Shown here: positions 18,062-26,510 of the stretch, piece by piece
Layout: each line of letters opens with the position of its first letter
Position numbering within the stretch: the stretch's first letter is position 1
Assembly (NCBI GenBank): GCA_049968235.1
Contig: JBMFRC010000011.1
Span: 32,001 to 96,000, forward strand
Length of the DNA: 64,000 nt
From: Candidatus Hydrogenedens sp.
GTDB lineage: Bacteria > Hydrogenedentota > Hydrogenedentia > Hydrogenedentales > Hydrogenedentaceae
Direction of reading: 5' to 3'
The notes under the pieces: model-generated
What the model saw: only the letters and a program-made list of their open reading frames with translations
Databases searched by the model: none
Told to the model about the DNA's origin: nothing
Program-made: the position numbers and the translations under genes

Positions 18062-19598
18062 GTATTTATTTGATATTTATAATCGTCCTAATGTGGTTAA
18101 TTTAGTTACAGATGAAACCTCAAATTTAACGAACTCCATTTTTGACTTTATTGTTATTGGCAGTGGAGCAGGTGGAGCGGTCCTTTCAAAAGAACTTACA
18201 GAACAAGGAGCCAAAGTAGCACTTATTGAAGAAGGTTCCATTCCCTTTCCATGGGCGACATCTGCTTTTCGCTCTTTACTTAAACTTTATAGAGATAATG
18301 GATTTACAGGTACTATTGGAAAGCCCATGATACCCATTCCTCTGGGTCGCTGTGTGGGGGGAACCACAGTTATTAATTCGGGGACCTGTTTTCGTGTTCC
18401 ACAAAAGGTATTAAATTTGTGGGAGTCGGAATTTGGTCTGGCAGAAGTAACTAATGAAAATTTACAGGACTGTTTTACGAAAGTAGAAAGGGAGATACAT
18501 GTTGAGGATGCGGACTGGAATGTAATGAATAAATCTAGCGACTTTATACGAAAGATATTTACCCGGAGAAATTTACCCTGTCTCCCCTTGCGACGGAACA
18601 CATACAATTGTCAGGGATGTGGTATGTGCTGTTATGGTTGCACATCAGGTGCCAAAAAAAGTATGGAAATTTCATACATTCCTAAATCTATCCAGGCAGG
18701 ATTGTTTTTATTCTATAATGCACGGGCAAAACGCATCCTTTTATCCGATAGGAAAACAGGAAAAGGTGTTTTAGTTGATGTGGTTCATCCAACAACACAC
18801 AAGGTAATCAAGGAGATTGAGATAAAGGGAGAAAAAATAATAGTTGCGTGTGGGACAATGTTATCTCCTCTATTACTGAAAAGGAGTGGTATTGCTATTG
18901 ACAATCCTAACTTAGGAGCACATTTGACAATACATCCTGCAAGTAAAATATCTATTGAACTCGAAGGAGATGTTTCGTCGTGGGTAGGAATACCTCAGGG
19001 ATGCTATAGCACAGCACTCGAAGATGAAGGGATTATTTTTGAAGGTGTATCAATGCCTCCTGATTTAGGTCCTTCTGCCGTTCCTTTTTCAGGTAGTGAA
19101 TTAATTCATTATTGGAAGAACTATAAAAATATCGCAACTTTTGGTTTTATGATAAAAGATAGCAATGAAGGTTCATTGAGTTTTAATATAAAAAACCAAC
19201 CCATCTATTCTTACCAATTAACAAATACAGATGTCCAAAAGTTAAAAAGAGCCATCACTTTTCTGGCGGAGTTGGCTCTGGAAGAGAATCCCATTCAGAT
19301 TTTTGCTATGGTAACAAAACAACCCAATATAATAAAGAATAGAGATGATTTGAATATATTTATAAAACAAGAACATGCACCATCCGATTTTGAATGTATG
19401 GCATTTCATCCCTTAGGGACCTGCCGATTATCTGAAACACCTGAAAAGGGGGTCTGTGATTCCAATCATCGGGTATTTGGCATGAACAATATTTTTGTAT
19501 GTGATGGAAGTTCAATTCCTACCTCACTTGGAGTGAACCCTCAATTAACCATTATGGCATTAGCAACACGCTTAGCCCAGATACTTAAAACCTTTTAA
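18054..19598 (+). CDS. GMC-family FAD-dependent oxidoreductase
   Basis: FDFIVIGSGAGGAVLSKEL dinucleotide-binding motif. Conserved GMC C-terminal region (HPLGTCRL...GSSIPTS...NPQLTIMALA). Confidence 0.8.
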   Translation: MNEYLFDIYNRPNVVNLVTDETSNLTNSIFDFIVIGSGAGGAVLSKELTEQGAKVALIEEGSIPFPWATSAFRSLLKLYRDNGFTGTIGKPMIPIPLGRCVGGTTVINSGTCFRVPQKVLNLWESEFGLAEVTNENLQDCFTKVEREIHVEDADWNVMNKSSDFIRKIFTRRNLPCLPLRRNTYNCQGCGMCCYGCTSGAKKSMEISYIPKSIQAGLFLFYNARAKRILLSDRKTGKGVLVDVVHPTTHKVIKEIEIKGEKIIVACGTMLSPLLLKRSGIAIDNPNLGAHLTIHPASKISIELEGDVSSWVGIPQGCYSTALEDEGIIFEGVSMPPDLGPSAVPFSGSELIHYWKNYKNIATFGFMIKDSNEGSLSFNIKNQPIYSYQLTNTDVQKLKRAITFLAELALEENPIQIFAMVTKQPNIIKNRDDLNIFIKQEHAPSDFECMAFHPLGTCRLSETPEKGVCDSNHRVFGMNNIFVCDGSSIPTSLGVNPQLTIMALATRLAQILKTF

Positions 19599-19608
19599 TT
19601 ATTTTCAA

Positions 19609-22305
19609 CTAGTTCGGATGAAGCGTAAAGGAATCAATCCAGATATTTACATTATTAAGGGTACATGGGTCAATACGAATTGCCTTAATTTTTCCGTTCC
19701 AATTAGGATGGTCCCGTAAATTAAAGGTATAGGTATAATAACCTCCATCTACACGAATAGGTATTGTAATGGAGTTTTCCTCATTGAATTGTAACCCTTT
19801 TGATGACCAATATAACTGTGCTTTATTTTCCATTGGTGCTGGATTTTCTACACGCAATCGTAAAGTGGCTCTTGGAAATTGATTTGCATTAATACCTTTT
19901 GTACCATAGTAAAAGAAATAAATAGATGGGTCATCTGTATTCGTTCTACCTGTAAGACTTCCTTCCTCTACTTTTATATCATTCATACCTCTGAATACCT
20001 TCCATCCTGATAATGATTCATGGAAGTCCCATGATGTCTCAAAAGCAGGGACAGGAAAGTCATACGGTCCCAATCCTATGTCATCGGGAGAAATATTAAC
20101 AGGCAATGGTTGTGTATTGGATGAGACAAAAACATTGCGAATGGCTTCATACATTGTAAATCCAAATTCTGTATTAGGCTCGATATAACTACCTTCTCCC
20201 CATTCGTTTAATGGGCCTAAAATAATTATTGGTATTTTTTTCTCTTCCGCAAAATCACGAGCGGACAATAACATTGTCTTGAACAGTTCTGAAGTCCTTC
20301 CCTCAATAACCAATGCCTTGGAACCATGCCAGGGACGCGAATCCCAACCTGTTTCTACAATGGGATAATAAGTCATTCCTTCACATAAAGCGCTTTTCTC
20401 CATCCAAACAGTTGGTATTGTAGAAACAACATCTTCATATTTAGCACGGTTAGGGATTTGGCTCATATAAACTGCTTTATAAAATTCATGGTAATTTGTA
20501 AACGATGAATAACCTTCGTTTTTTAATGTTTGCAACTCAGAGGCAGATTGATTGTTGTTTATCGCCATAAATTCAATACCTTCGTAGCCTGCTTCTTTAG
20601 CCCATTGCTGGGATTTTTCTAACAATGCCTTTACTGCTTCGGAACTACCTAAATCATGGCGAATATTCTCCGGGGACCAGATGCACACAAGTGGTTTATT
20701 ATTAACCCTATAATAAGATGGTAAATTAAAATAGTTATCTATCCATTCTCTATTTACCTTTTCCCAGTCTTCGGCAGAGTGGGTATTGGGAGGATTATGG
20801 TTTGCCCACATAATTGCTACTTTCAAATAATCTCTATACTTTGCTTTGCGATAGGCTTCGAACCAATGAGTTAAGGATTGTTTTCCCGCAACCCAATACC
20901 AATCAACAAGGAAACATTTAATTCCATTCTCTACAGCCCATTTAATCTGCCAATCCACACACTCCGGATTTCCTTCATTATAATAACCCAAAATAGGTTT
21001 TCTTATGGGAGCTGTTGTTTGAATACAATCCCATTTTTCGAGAGTATCCCAACCTGGGAAATAAAACGCACATATATCTATTTTAGTTTTAATTGGTTTC
21101 GGTTCAGGGACATATTCTGCGGATATTTTTCTAATTTCAGGTAATACCTGTAATTCTCCGGTATTGATAGTTAATACAGTTCCTTTGGATAAAGGTATAA
21201 CCTCTATGGGATAGATGCCTGATTTTTCTGGAGTAACTTTCCAGTAAACATCTATGAAATCATCATATTCAATTTCATACGGAGGCTCGGGAATGGGTCC
21301 TTTTTCTATTCTTAAAGAACCCGGATGATTAAATTTTAGATTATCAATACGGGCAACACTACCTCCCTGATTGGAAAGTCGTAATAAAACAGGGACTTCT
21401 CTACCCGCTCGTATACCACCTTGAGCAGAACCGAAATAAGAGACTACGACTTCAGGTTTGTTCAGTGGTTCTTCCCCAATAGACAGAGAATTTATTTTTA
21501 TATTTGAACCATCGTGAATATAAAATCCTAAGGCAAGAATGGGTTCTTTCCATGTAGAATATTGAGACATGTCAATAACACTAACATGCATTTTGTTATC
21601 AGTAACCAATGGTAGAGAAATCGTTTGAGGTCCTAAAATATCCTGACTTGCCCAAATAAAATCTATTGAATTAGCACTTTTACTTGCAGAATACTCAATT
21701 GAAAGATATTTTCTCTTTCCAATAAGCAATGATATAGGTTTAAAGAAATAATAGGGGCTATTTTCTGAATCAATTTTCCATGAGGAGATATCCCCTTCGG
21801 GGAATTGCCACTCGTAAACATCTGTAACAGGGGGTTCCCCTTTATCCCATGTTTTTACAGAAATTTTCTCTAATTCAAATTCCAGAGCATCACACAAATC
21901 CAATCGTATTTTAATAATTTTCCCCTCTTTATGCCAGAATGGAAAAACATAAATATCCTGCCAATCATTCTTTTCTTCAAAACTAAAATTGACAGATTTA
22001 TCTCCCGATAGCCCTCCGTATTGTCCTTCATTTGTTCCGGACCAAAATATCTGCCCCATACCTCCATGGTTTGTTTTCATACGAATATGTATGTATTGAT
22101 AGGGAGTTGGAACAAATTCAATTCCTTTGCATAAAAGAAAAGGGTCTGTACCTTGTGTTCTACCCTGCAATTTTCCACCTTCTATTTTTACATCCTGTAT
22201 CTGTCCATTCGGAACCCATTTCTGTAATACTTCGGGATTATCAAATGTCCATTCAGGAAGTTGACAATTTAGGAAATATAGGATAACTAAGGAAGTTAAT
22301 AACAT
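19609..22305 (-). CDS. Secreted GH99-like / WbsX-like domain protein with repeated terminal beta-sandwich-like modules
   Basis: Central segment ICAFYFPGWD...LGYYNEG...ENGIKCFLVDWYWVAG...AIMWANHN resembles the WbsX/GH99-like signature. N- and C-terminal ~60-aa segments share W...I.DVKIEGGKL.GRT.G.DP. N-terminal signal peptide. Confidence 0.5.
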   Translation of the reverse strand: MLLTSLVILYFLNCQLPEWTFDNPEVLQKWVPNGQIQDVKIEGGKLQGRTQGTDPFLLCKGIEFVPTPYQYIHIRMKTNHGGMGQIFWSGTNEGQYGGLSGDKSVNFSFEEKNDWQDIYVFPFWHKEGKIIKIRLDLCDALEFELEKISVKTWDKGEPPVTDVYEWQFPEGDISSWKIDSENSPYYFFKPISLLIGKRKYLSIEYSASKSANSIDFIWASQDILGPQTISLPLVTDNKMHVSVIDMSQYSTWKEPILALGFYIHDGSNIKINSLSIGEEPLNKPEVVVSYFGSAQGGIRAGREVPVLLRLSNQGGSVARIDNLKFNHPGSLRIEKGPIPEPPYEIEYDDFIDVYWKVTPEKSGIYPIEVIPLSKGTVLTINTGELQVLPEIRKISAEYVPEPKPIKTKIDICAFYFPGWDTLEKWDCIQTTAPIRKPILGYYNEGNPECVDWQIKWAVENGIKCFLVDWYWVAGKQSLTHWFEAYRKAKYRDYLKVAIMWANHNPPNTHSAEDWEKVNREWIDNYFNLPSYYRVNNKPLVCIWSPENIRHDLGSSEAVKALLEKSQQWAKEAGYEGIEFMAINNNQSASELQTLKNEGYSSFTNYHEFYKAVYMSQIPNRAKYEDVVSTIPTVWMEKSALCEGMTYYPIVETGWDSRPWHGSKALVIEGRTSELFKTMLLSARDFAEEKKIPIIILGPLNEWGEGSYIEPNTEFGFTMYEAIRNVFVSSNTQPLPVNISPDDIGLGPYDFPVPAFETSWDFHESLSGWKVFRGMNDIKVEEGSLTGRTNTDDPSIYFFYYGTKGINANQFPRATLRLRVENPAPMENKAQLYWSSKGLQFNEENSITIPIRVDGGYYTYTFNLRDHPNWNGKIKAIRIDPCTLNNVNIWIDSFTLHPN

Positions 22306-22393
22306 ACAATTATTCCACTCCTATAAAATGAAGGGATTGTTAAATAGATTCGCAAATAAAAGATAAAATTGGGTAAATTATATCATAAAAGAA

Positions 22394-22429
22394 TATACCC
22401 GCCGAAATTATCAAATCTCGGCGGGTATA
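22394..22429 (-). terminator. Rho-independent terminator hairpin after the EF-hand repeat protein gene
   Basis: TATACCCGCCGA / TCGGCGGGTATA is a perfect 12-bp stem, followed on the minus strand by T-rich sequence. Confidence 0.6.
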
Positions 22430-22455
22430 AAACTATGTGTGAAGATTTCTAACTC

Positions 22456-25400
22456 TTACTTAAGCCCACCACAATAACCATCCTCTTCTTCAGGACATAT
22501 TCTGTAACCACCCATGTTAAAGAACTGTATTAACCGCAATAATTCATTAAGGCCAATACGCCAATCTTGTGGAGCATAATCGCTGGTATGCGGTGGACAA
22601 TTGTGGAATGAATCATTTCTTCCAGGGGCATATCCATCTTCTGTCGAACCTTCACAATGATACCCAAAGGAGTTAAATAGTTGAATAACGCGAAGTAGTT
22701 CTCCTATTTCAAATTTCCAATTAAAGTTTCTATCCGCAGAATGTATTCCATGTGGGATTTCTCCTTCTGGCGTGCCTTCCGCAACACCTTCGGGTATGCC
22801 CTCTGGTGTCCCTTCTACAATACCTTCTGGCTGTCCCTCGGGTATGCCTTCTGGCGTGCCTTCCACAACACCTTCGGGTATGCCCTCTGGGGTTCCTTCA
22901 ACGATACCTTCCGGTGTCCCTTCTACAACACCTTCTGGCTGTCCCTCGAGGACACCTTCGGCTGTACCTTCTAAGACACCTTCCGGTGTCCCTTCCGCAA
23001 CGCCTTCGGGTTGTCCTTCCGGTATCCCTTCTGCAACACCTTCCGGTTGTCCTTCGGGTGTGCCTTCAACGACGCCTTCTGGGGTACCTTCTACGATACC
23101 CTCCGGTTGTCCTTCGGGTATGCCTTCGGGAGAGCCTTCTACTGTTCCTTCACCTTCAGGAGAAGGTAAGAAATCGGAGCAGTCAAGAACGCCATTATCA
23201 TTCTTATCTGCAACATCAAACTGGTCTTGTGTAATTTTTGAACTCAAAGCACGCACTTCCGTTAGAGTTAATTCATTATCACCATTCGAATCGAGTTTGG
23301 GTAGCAAATTAAATATGGAACTTACTGCTGTAAATTCTTCAAAAGTTAATTGATTATCCCTGTTCTTATCTACCAGATACCATACGCCAGCAATAATTAT
23401 ATCACTCCAACCTGTCAGGGATTTAAATTCGCTTTTTGATAACAAACCATCGCCATTGGTATCTCCAAATAGGAGCATAATCAGGAAATAATGTTCAATA
23501 TCATCAATATCACAGGTAGGAGGTTCCCCTTCTATAACACCTTCCGGGATGCCTTCAGGAGTACCCTCAACTATACCTTCACCTTCAGGTATACCTTCAG
23601 GAATACCCTCTTGTGTCCCCTCTGGTGTACCTTCCGGGGTGCCTTCCGGGGTGCCTTCAGGTGTTCCCTCTGGTGTGCCTTCCGGGGTACCTTCAACTAC
23701 ACCTTCGCCTTCAGGCAATACAAAGTCATTGCAATCAAGAACACCGTTTTGATTTAAATCCACTGCATTTAACTGGTCCATAGTTATATTGGAATTCAGG
23801 TTTTGCAATTCTATAAGCGTAAGGGCACCATCGTTATTTCCATCTAATCCTGGCAACAGGTTATACAACCACTCCACCTTAGAGAACTCTTCAAGAGATA
23901 ACTGATTATCTCCATTCGTATCAACGGCACTCCATAATAATAGGACAGTATCACTCCAACCTGTAATGGCTTTAAGTTCTTCTTTAGATAATAATCCATT
24001 CCCATCTGTGTCGCCGAACATAATCAAGATATAGTAGTAATGTGTAATATCATCAATATCACAGGGTGGTTCACCTTCAAAAGTCCCCGGACAAGGTGGA
24101 CAACCACCACCGTTCAGGGTCTGATTAATATCCAGTGCAGAAAGAATAAAGGTATCTATATCCGTAGGTGCAAATACATAGGCTTTATACTCACCTATAT
24201 TACAGACTTCATCAAAATCCGGGTCACCGGCGGAAGCAAGGTATTGTCCTGCGGTTAAATCATATCCGTTTAATGTGAATGTGCCCCAGAACATTAATGT
24301 ATCAATCACATTCACAATAGAATTGATAAACGATTGTTCACCTGTAGTAAGGACCCCAGCAACAACATTGATAAATGTTGTGTTCGAGAAAATCGTGCTT
24401 AATAATGGAATAGAATCCCATTTGCTTTGAGCCACAACACGATTATTCATATATGCGTTTTTCACACAGCAGAAAATAGGCAATTCCGGATGTGCAAGAA
24501 TATAATCTAACAATCTTGCCTGTGCAACATCATACATACCATTACCATCTATATCCGCTGTATCGGGATTTACGCTAAGGAAAGAAGCAATGCCATATAA
24601 ACTGCGTAATGCTGTTTCAAACCCCGCATTTACTGCAGTTTGATTGCAGTTATCCCAGCACCATTCAGCATAACAAGATTCTGGAAGTGGACCCATAATA
24701 TCGATGCAGTCGAGATAGCCATTGCCATCAATATCATGTTGATTAAATTGGTCTTGTGTAATTTTGGAACTCAATTGCCTTATTTCAGTTAAAGTTACCT
24801 GATTGTCGCCATTCGAATCGAGGTTTGCAGGTAAAAGTCCACCCAAACGATTGCTGGCTACAAATTCGTCAAAGGACATAAAACCATCACCGTTTTTATC
24901 AATTATCCACCATCCTAAATCTAAAAGGAACCCTGTTACAAAGGCTTTTAATTCATTTTTTGTTAACTTACCATCACCATTTGTATCACCAAACATTATT
25001 AACAATGCGAAATAGTTTTCATCAGAACGCATATTACAGGGAGGTGGACCTCCACCTTCGCCTTCACCTTCAACGGTTCCTTCTGCCCCACATGCGGGAC
25101 AACCACCATAATAATCTGTAATACTACTATTAATAGCCGCATTCACAAATGCATCAAAGTCCGCAGGTGTGTTCACAACCCATGCTTTGTATTCACCAAT
25201 ATTGCAGACACCGTCCAAATCCGCATCACCTTTGGCATTCAGATAAACAATATTTGAGCCATCCAATTCTAATAAGGAAAGGTCGGGTAAGTTAGGAATT
25301 ATCCAATTCAACGCTGATAGAATAGTATTAATAATTGCTGTGTTCCCCATTGTTGCCAGTGCTGCGAAGAAGGTTTTCATACCTTCAAGGTCTGGTGGCG

Positions 25401-25824
25401 TTCCTAAATAGGATGGCCAGCCTGTCTGTATGGCAAGTGCTAACGCTTCCACTTTCAAACGATTGCCTGCATACGCCCAATATATACAATTACGAGTGGG
25501 TATCCCACCAATTAATGAAAAACTTCCCATAATTGTATCGAATAAACGTGCCTGGGCAGTATCTTTCATTCCATCAAAATCTAAATCAAGATTATCTGGA
25601 TTTCCTCCAATTAATGGGATTTTCGCATATAATTCCCGCATTGAATTTTCAAAACTTTCAGTATATACAGGACCGGGTATTAAATTATTGCAATTAGGAA
25701 TATTGCAATAATCCACTTCTGCATCTGTTTGTGCAACTGATGAAGAAGAAAAAACAAAACATACACTCATGATAAGGAACAAAGTTCCTATGTATATTTT
25801 GCTTGTATTAATCTTAATGTTCAT
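22456..25824 (-). CDS. Secreted multi-module Ca-binding protein: 2x ~220-aa domain, 3x calmodulin-like four-EF-hand modules, (xPEG)n linkers, duplicated C-terminal motif
   Basis: Signal peptide. Canonical EF-hand loops (DTNGDGKLTKNE, DKNGDGFMSFDE, DSNGDNQVTLTE, DIDGNGYLDC) repeat in three ~150-aa modules. Long (G/V/I/Q/T)PEG runs. C-terminal tandem ELLRVIQLFNSFGYHC / ELLRLIQFFNMGGYRIC. Confidence 0.6.
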   Translation of the reverse strand: MNIKINTSKIYIGTLFLIMSVCFVFSSSSVAQTDAEVDYCNIPNCNNLIPGPVYTESFENSMRELYAKIPLIGGNPDNLDLDFDGMKDTAQARLFDTIMGSFSLIGGIPTRNCIYWAYAGNRLKVEALALAIQTGWPSYLGTPPDLEGMKTFFAALATMGNTAIINTILSALNWIIPNLPDLSLLELDGSNIVYLNAKGDADLDGVCNIGEYKAWVVNTPADFDAFVNAAINSSITDYYGGCPACGAEGTVEGEGEGGGPPPCNMRSDENYFALLIMFGDTNGDGKLTKNELKAFVTGFLLDLGWWIIDKNGDGFMSFDEFVASNRLGGLLPANLDSNGDNQVTLTEIRQLSSKITQDQFNQHDIDGNGYLDCIDIMGPLPESCYAEWCWDNCNQTAVNAGFETALRSLYGIASFLSVNPDTADIDGNGMYDVAQARLLDYILAHPELPIFCCVKNAYMNNRVVAQSKWDSIPLLSTIFSNTTFINVVAGVLTTGEQSFINSIVNVIDTLMFWGTFTLNGYDLTAGQYLASAGDPDFDEVCNIGEYKAYVFAPTDIDTFILSALDINQTLNGGGCPPCPGTFEGEPPCDIDDITHYYYILIMFGDTDGNGLLSKEELKAITGWSDTVLLLWSAVDTNGDNQLSLEEFSKVEWLYNLLPGLDGNNDGALTLIELQNLNSNITMDQLNAVDLNQNGVLDCNDFVLPEGEGVVEGTPEGTPEGTPEGTPEGTPEGTPEGTQEGIPEGIPEGEGIVEGTPEGIPEGVIEGEPPTCDIDDIEHYFLIMLLFGDTNGDGLLSKSEFKSLTGWSDIIIAGVWYLVDKNRDNQLTFEEFTAVSSIFNLLPKLDSNGDNELTLTEVRALSSKITQDQFDVADKNDNGVLDCSDFLPSPEGEGTVEGSPEGIPEGQPEGIVEGTPEGVVEGTPEGQPEGVAEGIPEGQPEGVAEGTPEGVLEGTAEGVLEGQPEGVVEGTPEGIVEGTPEGIPEGVVEGTPEGIPEGQPEGIVEGTPEGIPEGVAEGTPEGEIPHGIHSADRNFNWKFEIGELLRVIQLFNSFGYHCEGSTEDGYAPGRNDSFHNCPPHTSDYAPQDWRIGLNELLRLIQFFNMGGYRICPEEEDGYCGGLK
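22760..23165 (-). repeat. 12-bp periodic in-frame tandem repeat encoding (xPEG)n, ~34 units
   Basis: Near-perfect 12-nt periodicity (ccttc[t/c]gg[n][t/g][t/g][n]c) is visible directly. It creates spurious long antisense ORFs. Confidence 0.8.
23530..23715 (-). repeat. Second 12-bp periodic (xPEG)n coding repeat block
   Basis: Same 12-nt unit encoding EGTPEGTPEGTPEG... Confidence 0.8.
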
Positions 25825-25914
25825 TGTGTAACTCCTTATTCTTAATTATTTTTTATAATTAATTCTACCTGAAAAGTTTATCTTATGTAAAAAAATCTTA
25901 ATAATGGGGGGTAT

Positions 25915-26373
25915 CTAACAAAGAAGAGGGAGGAAAGGTATTTTTGAAGAAATCTTCATTTCTACATCTTTTGAAAGTGAGTAATATTGCTTTGTGATAT
26001 TTTCCTCTTTATTTTGACAAAAATTTGTCTCAATTAAATTATTATGATTAGTTAAATTTTTCAATAAAAGCGAAGTTTTTTCTGTTCTTAATATAGAACT
26101 AAATAAAATCATGTTTTTTAATGTTCTGGGTGTGGGAACTTTTGTTTTTTCATTCTTAATTTTTTGAACAATCAGACACAAATCACGAACATCAATTGTA
26201 GAATCCCCGTTCATATCTTTTATTTCTGCAGTAAGTGAGGAGTTCGCTTGATTTAATATAGAAGTTAAGACACTTTGCCATAATATAACATTCAGATTTT
26301 GAAATGTGCTTATCATCATTAGGGGATATAAAAATAGTCCCAAAACTGTAAAAACACAAACAAACTTTTTCAT
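25915..26373 (-). CDS. Small secreted protein with a single dockerin/EF-hand-like segment
   Basis: Start at ATG 26373 with GAGGAG SD. Signal peptide MKKFVCVFTVLGLFLYPLMMIS. DMNGDSTIDVRDLCLIVQKI resembles a type-I dockerin repeat. Lies directly upstream of the EF-hand giant gene on the same strand. Confidence 0.45.
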   Translation of the reverse strand: MKKFVCVFTVLGLFLYPLMMISTFQNLNVILWQSVLTSILNQANSSLTAEIKDMNGDSTIDVRDLCLIVQKIKNEKTKVPTPRTLKNMILFSSILRTEKTSLLLKNLTNHNNLIETNFCQNKEENITKQYYSLSKDVEMKISSKIPFLPLLC

Positions 26374-26510
26374 TTCAAAACTCCTCATATATATATTATA
26401 ACATATAAACACATAAAATAAATATCAAATTTGATGTTTTTTTTGTTAAAATATTTTTGGAGTTTTTTATTTATTTTTTAAGAAGTATTTTTAATTATGG
26501 GATTTTGAGA

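Noticed and set aside
22741-23757. Several long plus-strand ORFs (77 to 193 aa; PSGMPSGVPST..., FWRAFRNTFGY..., GFLLLACLPQHLR...) antisense to the EF-hand protein gene
   Set aside because: They are produced by the 12-bp periodic repeat, since any frame of a periodic sequence lacks stops. Their composition mirrors the sense-strand (xPEG)n. They are not independent genes.
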